Source: Halogeometricum borinquense DSM 11551
GTDB taxonomy: Archaea; Halobacteriota; Halobacteria; Halobacteriales; Haloferacaceae
DNA: 32,000 nucleotides
Direction of reading: 5' to 3'
Assembly (NCBI RefSeq): GCF_000172995.2
Contig: NC_014736.1
Coordinates: forward strand, 120,001-152,000
Position 1 is the stretch's first letter; each line of letters opens with the position of its first letter. Below, piece by piece: positions 9,600 through 17,918 of this stretch. The translations under genes and the position numbers were made by a program. The notes under the pieces were generated by a model. It was given only the letters and a program-made list of their open reading frames with translations, made no database searches and had not been told where the DNA came from.

Positions 9600-9635
9600 G
9601 TAGTTCGGATACAAACCAAGTAACACAGGGAAACC

Positions 9636-10271
9636 ATGACCGACGACCAATCCGCAACAACAGATCCGCCCGTGACCGCCGACCCACCGGAGAGCGCATT
9701 CAACGTAACCGGGATGGACCACGTTTCCATCATCGGGAGCAACATCGAGGACACGATTGCGTTCTACCGTGACGTCCTCGGAATGTCGCTCGTCCTCAAA
9801 CAGCCCAATCTCGACGCGCCGAACGTCACTCACCTGTTCTTCGATACAGGTGACGGACGCATGCTCACGTTCTTCGTCGAAGAAGGACGCGAGTCGAACA
9901 CCGGCCGGTTACGAACACCGGTTGGCGGCGTCCACCACCTCGCGTTCCGGTACGACCCCGAGCGTCTCGAAGAGATTCGTGCCGGACTCGAAGAACACGG
10001 ACACCACTACAACGAGTTCGACCGAGGAATCTTCCACTCGCTGTACACGACCGATCACAACGGACTCGTCATCGAACTCGCAACGGACAAATTCGAGATT
10101 CCCGACGAGCGACGCGGTGAGGCGCTTGCACTCGCACAGCAGAAACGTCTCCAAGCCGGCGCAGAGTATGCCAAGGCAGAACACCTCGAAGCTGCACTCG
10201 AAGAACTCGACCTGCCCGTCAAGCGGAAAGCGCTCCCCGATGCGCAGTCCGGTGCAGGAGGACTCAACTAA
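9636..10271 (+). CDS. VOC (glyoxalase/bleomycin-resistance/dioxygenase) family protein
   Basis: 211 aa. VTGMDHVSIIGSNIEDTIAFYRDVLGMSLV...THLFFDTGDGRMLTFF...GGVHHLAFRY...FHSLYTTDHNGLVIELATD shows beta-alpha-beta-beta-beta VOC modules resembling half of the downstream two-domain dioxygenase. Confidence 0.8.
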   Translation: MTDDQSATTDPPVTADPPESAFNVTGMDHVSIIGSNIEDTIAFYRDVLGMSLVLKQPNLDAPNVTHLFFDTGDGRMLTFFVEEGRESNTGRLRTPVGGVHHLAFRYDPERLEEIRAGLEEHGHHYNEFDRGIFHSLYTTDHNGLVIELATDKFEIPDERRGEALALAQQKRLQAGAEYAKAEHLEAALEELDLPVKRKALPDAQSGAGGLN

Positions 10272-10372
10272 ATCCACCTGAAACCGGAACAGGCACCAAC
10301 CCGGAGTCGCACCGATACATCTCAGATTCGACTCGAACAGATCCACCACACGACCACCACATCACACCACAC

Positions 10373-11317
10373 GTGCTCACAGATACGCCCGGAATTCACC
10401 ATATCACAGGCATCGTCCGCAACGCCCAGGCAAACGTTGACTTCTACACAGACGTGCTTGGCCTGCGCCTCGTCAAGCAGACGGTAAACTTCAACGAGAA
10501 GTTCACGCGTCACCTCTTCTACGGTGACGAAACCGGTTCGCCCGGAACCGGATTGACGTTCTTTCCATATCCTGCAGAGGACGACGGGCGGATCGGAAAG
10601 CCCCAGATCAGCACCGCTGCGCTGGTGATCCCATCGAACTCGGTATCCTACTGGCGAGACCGACTCACCGAACACGGCGTTGCTATCGCGGAACAAACAG
10701 AACGGTTCGGCGAGACGGTGCTTCGGTTCTCCGATCCAGACGGTACGCAACTCGAACTCGTCACGGGCGAGTCGTCTGTAGACCCGTGGGTGAACGGGAC
10801 GGTCCCGTCTCAGCACGCGATTCGCGGCATCCACGGTGTGACGCTGCTCTCGACGAACGTCTTCGTCACCGCAAGCGTTCTAGACACACTGGGATTCGAA
10901 CTCATCGAACAGGAGGGAGACCGGGTTCGGTATCAGGCACCGGGAGACCGTGCAACCGTCATCGATCTCCTCGACCGAGATGTCGAGTTCGGCCGCGAAG
11001 GGGCAGGGTCGATTCATCACGTCGCTGTGCGCGTCCCGGAGAAAGAGCAACTCTACGAGTGGCACGACCTCTTTCGGGAACGTGAGTACGACGTCTCGCG
11101 GGTGAAAGATAGACACTTCTTCCACTCGCTGTACGTCCGCGAACCCGGCGGCATCCTGTTCGAACTCGCAACGGAGCAGCCGGGACTCACAGCCGACGCC
11201 GACCGCGACACGCTCGGGGAGTCGCTGTTTCTCCCGCCGTGGCTCGAAGAAGACCGCGAGATGATCGAGAGCCAACTCGAACCGCTCGAACGGCCCCCTG
11301 CGACGGAGTCGAACTAA
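10373..11317 (+). CDS. two-domain ring-cleaving dioxygenase of the VOC superfamily (Bacillus MhqA/MhqE/MhqO type)
   Basis: GTG start at 10373. GIHHITGIVRNAQANVDFYTDVLGLRLVKQTVNFNEKFTRHLFYGDETGSPGTGLTFFPYP matches the N-terminal signature I know from the approx 315-aa Bacillus putative hydroquinone ring-cleaving dioxygenases. The second module reads IRGIHGVTLL...IHHVAVRV...FHSLYVREPGGILFELATEQPG. Confidence 0.8.
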   Translation: MLTDTPGIHHITGIVRNAQANVDFYTDVLGLRLVKQTVNFNEKFTRHLFYGDETGSPGTGLTFFPYPAEDDGRIGKPQISTAALVIPSNSVSYWRDRLTEHGVAIAEQTERFGETVLRFSDPDGTQLELVTGESSVDPWVNGTVPSQHAIRGIHGVTLLSTNVFVTASVLDTLGFELIEQEGDRVRYQAPGDRATVIDLLDRDVEFGREGAGSIHHVAVRVPEKEQLYEWHDLFREREYDVSRVKDRHFFHSLYVREPGGILFELATEQPGLTADADRDTLGESLFLPPWLEEDREMIESQLEPLERPPATESN

Positions 11318-11986
11318 ATGACACAAGACGCGGATTCGACGAGATCAGAAAGAGGCAGGAACCCGCACGAAGGGCAACCCATCGAAACAGCGGGTGCCCC
11401 GCCGCAAGCGGCCGAAGCGGCCGTGGTTCTGCTTCACGGTCGCGGATCGAGTGCACAGAGCATCCTCACGCTAATCGATGAGTTCCTTCATCACGGTGTG
11501 ATGTATCTCGCCCCGCAAGCGGCCCACAGTGCGTGGTATCCCCGCTCAATCGATGCACCGGTCGAAGACAACGAACCGTGGCTCTCGTCAGCACTCGACC
11601 GCGTGTCGAATGCGCTCGACACGGCCGCGGCCGCCGGCATCCCATCGGAACGCACACTCCTGCTGGGCTTCTCGCAAGGCGGATGTCTCGCAAGCGAGTT
11701 CGTCGCGCGAAACCCCGGTCGCTACGGCGGACTCGTGGTGTTATCGGGAAGCCTGCTCGGACCAGAAACAGGACAGAACTACGATGGGTCCATCGATGGA
11801 ACGCCGGTTTTCCTCGGATGCAGTGACGACGATCCGTACGTCGCCGCAGAGCGCATTCACGACTCGGCGCGCGTATTCGAGCAACTCGACGGCGACGTAA
11901 CCAGTCGGCTCTACGACGGACTGGGACACGCGATCAACGACGACGAGATCCAGATGATCAATACGTTCATCGAACAGTTCGTCTAA
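11318..11986 (+). CDS. alpha/beta hydrolase, phospholipase/carboxylesterase family (MhqD-like)
   Basis: The ATG directly abuts the TAA of the dioxygenase (TAAATG at 11315-11320). AVVLLHGRGSS, nucleophile elbow GFSQGG, then VFLGCSDDDPYV (Asp) and GLGHAI (His) give the Ser-Asp-His order of the Abhydrolase_2 type. Confidence 0.8.
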   Translation: MTQDADSTRSERGRNPHEGQPIETAGAPPQAAEAAVVLLHGRGSSAQSILTLIDEFLHHGVMYLAPQAAHSAWYPRSIDAPVEDNEPWLSSALDRVSNALDTAAAAGIPSERTLLLGFSQGGCLASEFVARNPGRYGGLVVLSGSLLGPETGQNYDGSIDGTPVFLGCSDDDPYVAAERIHDSARVFEQLDGDVTSRLYDGLGHAINDDEIQMINTFIEQFV

Positions 11987-12052
11987 GTAGACGAGAACGC
12001 TCGACATGTACGGCAGCGGTACACTGATTTGCTGTCTCCGACTAGCACCAGT

Positions 12053-12475
12053 ATGCCAATAGAAGACGCCGACGAACTCCGTCGGGTTCTCGGATACGAC
12101 CGCGTTGCAGTCGTCGGCGCATCGACATCCTACGAGAAAGCAGCCCACATCGTGCCGGCGTATCTCGGGCGTCACGGGTACGAACTACGGCCGGTCAATC
12201 CGACCGCAGACGAGATTTTCGGGAAACGAGCGTACGACTCTCTCGCTGACGTGTCGGAGACCATCGATATCGTCGAAATCTTCCGGCCGAGCGAGGAAGT
12301 TCCGGGGATTGTCGAGCAAGCGCTCGCTCGTGAGGACGTGAAGGTGATCTGGATGCAGCCCGGCATTCAGCACGACGAGGCGGCACGAAAAGCGGAAGCC
12401 GTCGGTGTCGATGTCGTTCAAGACCGGTGTATGAAGGTCGAACACGGCCAGCTAATTCGCAATCCGATGGACTGA
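12053..12475 (+). CDS. CoA-binding domain protein (YccU/YneT-like)
   Basis: ATG 12053 (MPIEDADELRRVL..). RVAVVGASTSYEKAAHIVPAYLGRHGYELRPVNP...AYDSLADV...IDIVEIFRPSE...VKVIWMQPG is the typical small Rossmann CoA-binding protein pattern. Confidence 0.8.
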   Translation: MPIEDADELRRVLGYDRVAVVGASTSYEKAAHIVPAYLGRHGYELRPVNPTADEIFGKRAYDSLADVSETIDIVEIFRPSEEVPGIVEQALAREDVKVIWMQPGIQHDEAARKAEAVGVDVVQDRCMKVEHGQLIRNPMD

Positions 12476-12747
12476 GCTGCTAACGGGTTCAGGATCTATA
12501 CTGAGCGGTCGTCTCAGCAGTTGTCAACAGTGAGTACATGAATATATCACCAAGTTGCCAGCCCAGCGGCCGGTTAGCATCTTATACCAGAACGAAGCGG
12601 CTATCACGGATTGCTATCATGACGAACCAACGACCGCCCCGAGACGGGGGTACCGAAGCACTTTGGCGATTTGTCGAGGGGTCTCTTCGAACCACAAACA
12701 GATCGTAACCGGACACGAATTTCGACTTCTGAAGAGTCCCCCTGACC

Positions 12748-12885
12748 ATGGCGATACAAGAGGATAGCGCGATGGAACTCCGTATCGAAGGACTCGGGAA
12801 GCGATACGGAGAGACGTGGGCACTCCGAGGTATGATCGAAAATCGATTATCGTGTCGTCTTGGAAGAAGACAAACAGAATTGTGA
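12748..12885 (+). pseudogene. truncated stub of an ABC-transporter ATP-binding protein gene (N-terminal approx 20 residues only)
   Basis: A short ORF not in the track: MAIQEDSAMELRIEGLGKRYGETWALRG then MIENRLSCRLGRRQTEL-stop. (L/I)x(I/V)xGLxKRYGxxxAL is the standard start of ABC ATPases. Similarity ends near 12831, before any Walker A motif, exactly where G+C content drops. Confidence 0.6.
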
Positions 12886-13560
12886 AGTCATTCGAAGGAA
12901 CCGGAATAAGAGCACCCGTATCGGATGTAAAATGGAAACCCGACAGGTCACACAAACATATATATTATTGTAATGGAAGTGCCAGTCGGTCATAAACTAT
13001 AGAATCGAGGTGTTGCTGTCGGTTGTTCGGCGCTAGAGGAGAAATGATTAGAAGGATATGTTTGATTAAATCCATATTATTTAGTATTCATTGAGGAGAT
13101 CGCATTTCAGTTTTGACCGGGGACAGCAAACTCAGTCTGGAGTTGCAACGGTTGATAAAAGGTAAAATAATCTACCTATTACCATGGTGAGCCGGAATCG
13201 TAACAGATCCATACGACAGTGAACTGGACGTGTTACATCTGCAACGACGTACTCAGAAATGAGATCGTATAATAATGGCCACATCTTCGCTTTGGGGAGG
13301 ACGTGATCAAGAATAGCGCAGAGAAGTCCACTCATTGGTTGTATATGTATCTACAAGAACATTTGATTGTGCAAGATTTGCCTGACGTGATCCGACCACG
13401 AGCGTCAACACAGGGACTAGAAACCGACAGAGAAACGTCGTTTTGAACGCCGTCACACCAAAAGTGAACGGATCAGACGAGAACCTATATGAGATGGTCA
13501 CATATGACATAGTGGCTATCGGATCGGAGCCAACAGCCCACGCCAAGAGACAAGGAGCTA
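12832..13560. other. AT-rich segment without convincing coding capacity (decayed or foreign DNA)
   Basis: By eye it is far more A+T-rich than both flanks, with runs such as CATATATATTATTGTAATGG and GATTAAATCCATATTATTTAGTATTCATTG. Only short ORFs without third-position G/C bias are present (12617..12955, 13132..13335, 13307..13546). Confidence 0.6.
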
Positions 13561-13563
13561 CCC

Positions 13564-13872
13564 ATGACAGTAATCGCTAGATTTGAGGTCATTCCAGTCC
13601 ACGACGGGAGTTTGTCAGAAGACATCGCACAGGCAATCAACGCGCTCGATGACTTCGACATCTCGTACGAACTGACTGCAACGGATACCGTCATCGAAGC
13701 CGACGACGTTGATGAGGTGTTCGGTGCCGTCCAAGCGGCGCATAAGGCAGTTGAGGGGAATCGCGTCATCTCCTCCGTGGAGATCGACGAACAGCGCGAC
13801 CGCGAACAGCACGTAGAGGACCGTATCGAATCCGTTGCAAGCGTTCTCGGACGGGAGCCGAAGGGAGAATAA
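13564..13872 (+). CDS. MTH1187/YkoF-family (DUF77) thiamine-binding-like protein
   Basis: 102 aa. MTVIARFEVIPVHDGSLSEDIAQAINALDDFDISYELTATDTVIEADDVDEVFGAVQAAHKAV shows the ferredoxin-like fold pattern of the MTH1187 family. GGAG lies 7 nt upstream of the ATG. Confidence 0.75.
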   Translation: MTVIARFEVIPVHDGSLSEDIAQAINALDDFDISYELTATDTVIEADDVDEVFGAVQAAHKAVEGNRVISSVEIDEQRDREQHVEDRIESVASVLGREPKGE

Positions 13873-13905
13873 GAGCGGAATCCAACCCACAAGATGCACG
13901 GGGAT

Positions 13906-13921
13906 CGTTGCACTTGCAACG
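13906..13921. terminator. 16-bp perfect palindrome followed by T-rich tract between convergent genes
   Basis: CGTTGCACTTGCAACG (13906-13921) is followed by CTAATACGCCATATTTTATC. It lies between the stop of 13564..13872 (+) and the stop of the zinc-finger gene at 13975 (-). It could be a terminator or a dimeric-protein site. Confidence 0.3.
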
Positions 13922-13974
13922 CTAATACGCCATATTTTATCAGAATTAGTTACGTTCGGGAGTCACTCGGTAGA

Positions 13975-14121
13975 TTATTTGTCGGGAATGTGTGTTGCGC
14001 AGTCGGTACACAGATCAGAGTCCGAGTCGTAGTGGAAACTACACACGAGCGCTGCGCAGCGGCGACACTGATGTTGAGCGGGCGCAGATTCACAGATTTG
14101 GCAGAGGGTTTCGACGCTCAT
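13975..14121 (-). CDS. small multi-CxxC zinc-finger protein
   Basis: ATG 14121 (MSVETLCQICESAPAQHQCRRCAALVCSFHYDSDSDLCTDCATHIPDK) carries three CxxC pairs plus C..H. It starts 4 nt after the TGA (14126-14128) of the upstream Usp gene, so it is probably co-transcribed. The alternative upstream start at 14166 would overlap the Usp gene. Confidence 0.6.
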   Translation of the reverse strand: MSVETLCQICESAPAQHQCRRCAALVCSFHYDSDSDLCTDCATHIPDK

Positions 14122-14125
14122 GATC

Positions 14126-15004
14126 TCAGTTAGTTGTGAGAACGGGGATTTCGGACTGTCTGACAACGCGGGTAGTCGTACTCCCCAAGAAACCGTCCAT
14201 GTCGGCAGTCTGACCGCGAGTCCCCATCGTGATCACGTCAGCGTTGACTCCAGTGGCGTACGCGAGAATCTCCTCGTGAGGGACGCCACGAAGGATATCG
14301 GTTGTCACCGGAAGGCGCCGTTCGCGTGCGTCGGCCGCGATATCCTCGATTGCGTTCTGGCCGCCCTGCTTGAGGAGGCCGACGATACTGCCCGGAGCGT
14401 CTACGAACCCGTAGGTCGTCGTGTCGATGACGTATATCACGTGGACATCGGCTCCATAGCGCTCGGCGATGCTGAGGCCATGAGCAGCGGCACGTTCGGC
14501 GGCACCACTACCGTCGATAGGAATCACGACGTGGTCGTACATCCCGTACCCGTGTTCAGGGAGGTCTTCGTCTTCAGTAAGGTGGACTGCCATCACTGGT
14601 ACGTCGGCGTGCGTAATCACCCGTTCAGTGGTGCTTCCGAACCGAGACCGTTCAGCCCCCGTTCGGCCGTGCGTCCCCATCACGACCAAGTCGATGTCGT
14701 TCTCGTCAATGTAGTCGAGTATCTCTCGGTACGGGATTCCCTCATTGACGGCCCGAACGGTTTCGATTCCGAGGTCTGCGGCCTGCTCGTCAAGCTGTAC
14801 GGTTGCCCCTCGTCCGCGTTTTTCCGACTGGCTTCGCAGTTCGTCGCGCGCTGCGGCATCCAGTTGACTCGGTTCGAGGCTCTCGTCGATGGCGTAAAGG
14901 ACGTGGGTAGTCGCGTTAGCAGTTCGAGCGAGGTCAAGTGCACGAGCAATTGCGCTTTCGGCCCCGCGACTACCATCCGTCGGGACGAGGATGTTGTCGT
15001 ACAT
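14126..15004 (-). CDS. universal stress protein, tandem UspA domains
   Basis: 292 aa. MYDNILVPTDGSRGAESAIARALDLA...DLVVMGTHGRTGAERSRFGSTTERVI is repeated in the second half as YDHVVIPIDGSGAAERAAAHG...DVITMGTRGQTADMDGFLGSTTTRVV. The 304-aa + ORF 14120..15034 is its antisense shadow. Confidence 0.9.
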   Translation of the reverse strand: MYDNILVPTDGSRGAESAIARALDLARTANATTHVLYAIDESLEPSQLDAAARDELRSQSEKRGRGATVQLDEQAADLGIETVRAVNEGIPYREILDYIDENDIDLVVMGTHGRTGAERSRFGSTTERVITHADVPVMAVHLTEDEDLPEHGYGMYDHVVIPIDGSGAAERAAAHGLSIAERYGADVHVIYVIDTTTYGFVDAPGSIVGLLKQGGQNAIEDIAADARERRLPVTTDILRGVPHEEILAYATGVNADVITMGTRGQTADMDGFLGSTTTRVVRQSEIPVLTTN

Positions 15005-15182
15005 GTACTGCGTACATACGAACCCGAGTTGTAAGTAGGCTATCTGTGCGCAAGTCGGTCTTACAGAGTACCGACAAACAACAGTGATGGCAGACTTCCC
15101 ACGCTGTGGGAAGTGTAGACTGTCATTTTACATGTATTGGTCATACTTTCGCATAGAGGCCGACTCAGGGAGGTTCATCAGA

Positions 15183-15398
15183 ATGAGCGAACGAGCAACG
15201 GACAACGAAGCCGGACAACTGCCGACCGAAACGAACGCTGAAGATTCATCGCCGGTGTTAGCTGCAGAAATCGTCGAATCGCAGGATCGGCCCGCCGAAT
15301 GTACTATCTTCCCCCCAAACGTCTCTGAGTTCGAACTCCTGTCTACCTGGATTACAGCGAAAGAAGGCTCATTCGTCAGCCTGAGAGACATGCGATAA
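15183..15398 (+). CDS. small acidic haloarchaeal protein (C-terminal ECTIFP...TWITA.EGSFVSL.DMR motif; I recall this as a halobacterial DUF, possibly DUF7511)
   Basis: ATG 15183 (MSERATDNEAGQLPTETNAEDSSPVLAAEIVESQDRPAECTIFPPNVSEFELLSTWITAKEGSFVSLRDMR). The C-terminal motif matches small conserved haloarchaeal proteins I have seen. The family name is from memory and needs an HMM check. Confidence 0.55.
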   Translation: MSERATDNEAGQLPTETNAEDSSPVLAAEIVESQDRPAECTIFPPNVSEFELLSTWITAKEGSFVSLRDMR

Positions 15399-15520
15399 CC
15401 CCACCTCCGAACGCATCGACTTTCGCTGGCCGGCCGTCCTCCAAGATCGGATTTAGAGAGATCACAATCCCATGATAATACCCCACACGGTTTTGCCACT
15501 ACCTAGTCTATCGAACACTG

Positions 15521-17869
15521 ATGGTTGAACATACCCGGACTCTCGATTTTAAAATCGCTTTCGCCATTGGACTCGGGACGATGATCGCGGCCGGCATCTT
15601 TTCACTTTCCGGGACTGCTGTCTACCGTATCGGCTCAAGTGCGGTTATCGCGTTTGTTCTCGCCGCTGTCGTCGCCGGAATAACTGCCGCCGCTTATTCC
15701 GAATTTGCTTCGATGTACTCCGAAAACGGGGGTGGGTATCTCTTTTGTTCTCGAACGTTCGACGGTGCCGACCGACTGAAGTACGCTATCGGCGCATCGC
15801 TCTTTCTCGGCTACACCGGCACGACAGCCTTCTACCTCGCAACAATGGACGAGTGGTTCTTCCGGTTCATTCTCCCCGACTCACTCCACGTGCTCCCTCA
15901 CGGATCTGTGGGCATCCTCTCTGCCCTCACGCTTGGTGTGCTCAACGCCCGCGGAACGGAGGAATCGGGGATATTTCAACTGCTAGTCACGAGTGCGAAA
16001 GTCGGTGTCCTGTTCGTCTTCATCGCCGGAGCACTCACGTTCGCCGGGCCGGGAGACGCAACCGGGCGGTTCGTATCCAACTTTCAAGCTGAACCCGTCG
16101 GCATCGTTTCGGTTGCCGCGCTCGCCTTTATCACTTTCTTCGGATTCTCCGCTATCGCGGCCAGCGCAGGCGAAATTATCGAACCCAGGAAAACCGTCCC
16201 TAAGGCCATCGCGGCCAGCATCATCACCGTCACGGTCCTCTACACGTTCGTCATCGTTGCGATGGTGAACGCGCCGGTTCCCCGGTCGGTACTCGCGGAG
16301 GGGGAGACTGCGATGGGGACCGTTGCTGCGTCGTTTCTCGGCTCGTGGGGGCAGCTTCTCATCGTCGCCGGGGCGGTCTTCTCGATGGTGAGTGCCTCGA
16401 ATGCCTCGATTCTCGCGGCCAGCGGAATTGGGTCACTAATGGGTCAACAGGGACATGGACCCCGCCGGTTCGCGTATCTTCACCCGGAGTATCGGACGCC
16501 GTTCTGGAGTATCACGATGGCGACGGCAACTATCGTCGGCCTCATCTTCGTGTTCATCACCCTGTTCTCCGAACAGGGGCTGACGGGCATTCACGCTCTC
16601 GGCCTCGAACCGCTCACCGGGTTCGCTACGTTCAACTTGCTGGTTCCTCTGGCCGTGGTCAACGGGACTCTCATTTACTCTCGGCGGAATCATCCCGACC
16701 TAGAACGGGGGTTCCGGATGCCGCTCGTCCCCCTTCTCCCAGTTGTGGGCATTCTGGCTAATCTGGCGCTCATAACGAATCTTCCGCCGGTCGGCGTCGC
16801 TGTCGGCGTCGGATTTGTTGTCGTCCTCGGTATCGCCTACATCGCCTGGGGGGGCGCACCCCATATCGAGGAACTCATCGAAGAGGTGGTGCCACCCCAT
16901 CTCCCAACAGGGGTACCCACAGCTGTTGGACCGGTTGGATCCACCGAGGGAACCGAACCGGATTTGGGCGACCGGTTCACGATTCTCGTTTCCGTCGCTC
17001 GCCCCGACCGCGCGGTCTCATACGTACGACTCGCAACCGAACTTGCCCGAGCCCAAGACCGCAAACCGCTCGTGAAAGTCCTCAACGTGACTCATATCCC
17101 AGACCAGACGCCGAACGAGATGGTCCGCGACACGGCCGAAAAGCGGGCCGGAGATATCAAGGAGTTACTCGCGGAGGCCGATATCGGCGTCGAATACAGC
17201 GTCGAGGGACACATCTGCCGAGACATCGCGTTCGATATCGTCCAGACGGCGCGGAACGGACAGGTTGACCGAATCCTGATGGGTTACCCTGAGGAGAGCC
17301 AGAGCATCGCAGAAACAGTCGAGTACAGTGCTCCTTGCGGGGTCTTCTTCACCAGTAACGTGGACGCCATCGGAGAGCTCACAACAATCAACATCGGCGC
17401 GGGCGGCGGTCCGCATCATCTGGCGCTGTTACCGCTCGTGAACAAACTCGGTCAGCACGGAGACGAGATTCACGTTATCAGTATCGACCCACTATCAGGA
17501 GGCTTGAAGGAACCGGTCGATGAAACCATGGCGGCGCTCTCAGCCGTCGAATCCGTCCACGTTCACAACCTCACCGCAGACACGGTGGCAGAGGGTCTGG
17601 TGTCTGCTGCGGTGGGGAACGGCGGACTCCTCATCATCGGGGCAACTCGAGACCGGCGCCTCCGGCGGTGGGTCTTCGGGAGTACTCCTGACCGGGTCAT
17701 CGATCTGGCCAGAGAGGCCAACGTCCCCGTGATTATTTACGCGAGTTCGAGCGGTGTCACCCGTCATATCGAGGACTATCTCTATCCGATCTATCGCTAC
17801 CTCCACCGACATCTCGCGGAGCGACGACCGTTCCGGCGGTTCATCCGGACACCCGAGAAAACCTCGTAG
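15521..17869 (+). CDS. APC-superfamily amino acid permease fused to C-terminal tandem Usp domains
   Basis: 782 aa. The N-terminal approx 450 aa have 12 or so TM helices with the APC signature (FAIGLGTMIAAGIFSLSGTA...YSEFASMYSENGGGYLF). The C-terminal approx 300 aa have two Usp-like modules (RFTILVSVARPD...DRILMGYPE and INIGAGGGPHHLALL...LLIIGATRDRRLRRWVFGSTPDRVI). Confidence 0.9.
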   Translation: MVEHTRTLDFKIAFAIGLGTMIAAGIFSLSGTAVYRIGSSAVIAFVLAAVVAGITAAAYSEFASMYSENGGGYLFCSRTFDGADRLKYAIGASLFLGYTGTTAFYLATMDEWFFRFILPDSLHVLPHGSVGILSALTLGVLNARGTEESGIFQLLVTSAKVGVLFVFIAGALTFAGPGDATGRFVSNFQAEPVGIVSVAALAFITFFGFSAIAASAGEIIEPRKTVPKAIAASIITVTVLYTFVIVAMVNAPVPRSVLAEGETAMGTVAASFLGSWGQLLIVAGAVFSMVSASNASILAASGIGSLMGQQGHGPRRFAYLHPEYRTPFWSITMATATIVGLIFVFITLFSEQGLTGIHALGLEPLTGFATFNLLVPLAVVNGTLIYSRRNHPDLERGFRMPLVPLLPVVGILANLALITNLPPVGVAVGVGFVVVLGIAYIAWGGAPHIEELIEEVVPPHLPTGVPTAVGPVGSTEGTEPDLGDRFTILVSVARPDRAVSYVRLATELARAQDRKPLVKVLNVTHIPDQTPNEMVRDTAEKRAGDIKELLAEADIGVEYSVEGHICRDIAFDIVQTARNGQVDRILMGYPEESQSIAETVEYSAPCGVFFTSNVDAIGELTTINIGAGGGPHHLALLPLVNKLGQHGDEIHVISIDPLSGGLKEPVDETMAALSAVESVHVHNLTADTVAEGLVSAAVGNGGLLIIGATRDRRLRRWVFGSTPDRVIDLAREANVPVIIYASSSGVTRHIEDYLYPIYRYLHRHLAERRPFRRFIRTPEKTS

Positions 17870-17918
17870 GAGAGTTGAGGATTGCGACACCTTGGGGCCC
17901 CGACGACGCGTAATCCAC

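Noticed and set aside
12546-12620. tRNA-like fragment (GTTGCCAGCCCAGCGGCCGGTTAGCA...) considered as a possible integration target at the AT-rich segment.
   Set aside because: I could not fold a D-arm, anticodon arm or T-arm (there is no GTTCRANYC-type T-loop), and there is no acceptor-stem complement.
12617-13546. ORFs 12617..12955 (-), 13132..13335 (-) and 13307..13546 (-) in the AT-rich segment, considered as a frameshifted foreign gene.
   Set aside because: The first is antisense to the ABC stub. The other two have no recognisable family, no codon bias and odd composition. I could not join them into a sensible protein.
13440-13563. A TPP riboswitch upstream of the MTH1187/YkoF-like thiamine-binding gene, as seen upstream of bacterial ykoF.
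   Set aside because: No CUGAGA / ACCUGAUCUGGAUAAUGCCAGCG-type conserved cores are present, and no convincing multi-stem structure was seen.
14120-15034. Long ORFs antisense to or overlapping confident genes, for example 14120..15034 (+), 630..1109 (+), 8360..8914 (-), 17754..18488 (+), 19569..20213 (+), 9757..10281 (+).
   Set aside because: Their products are Arg/Ser/Pro-rich and low in complexity, and they lack motifs. They lie opposite genes with clear family signatures. Long shadow ORFs are expected in G+C-rich DNA because stop codons are rare.
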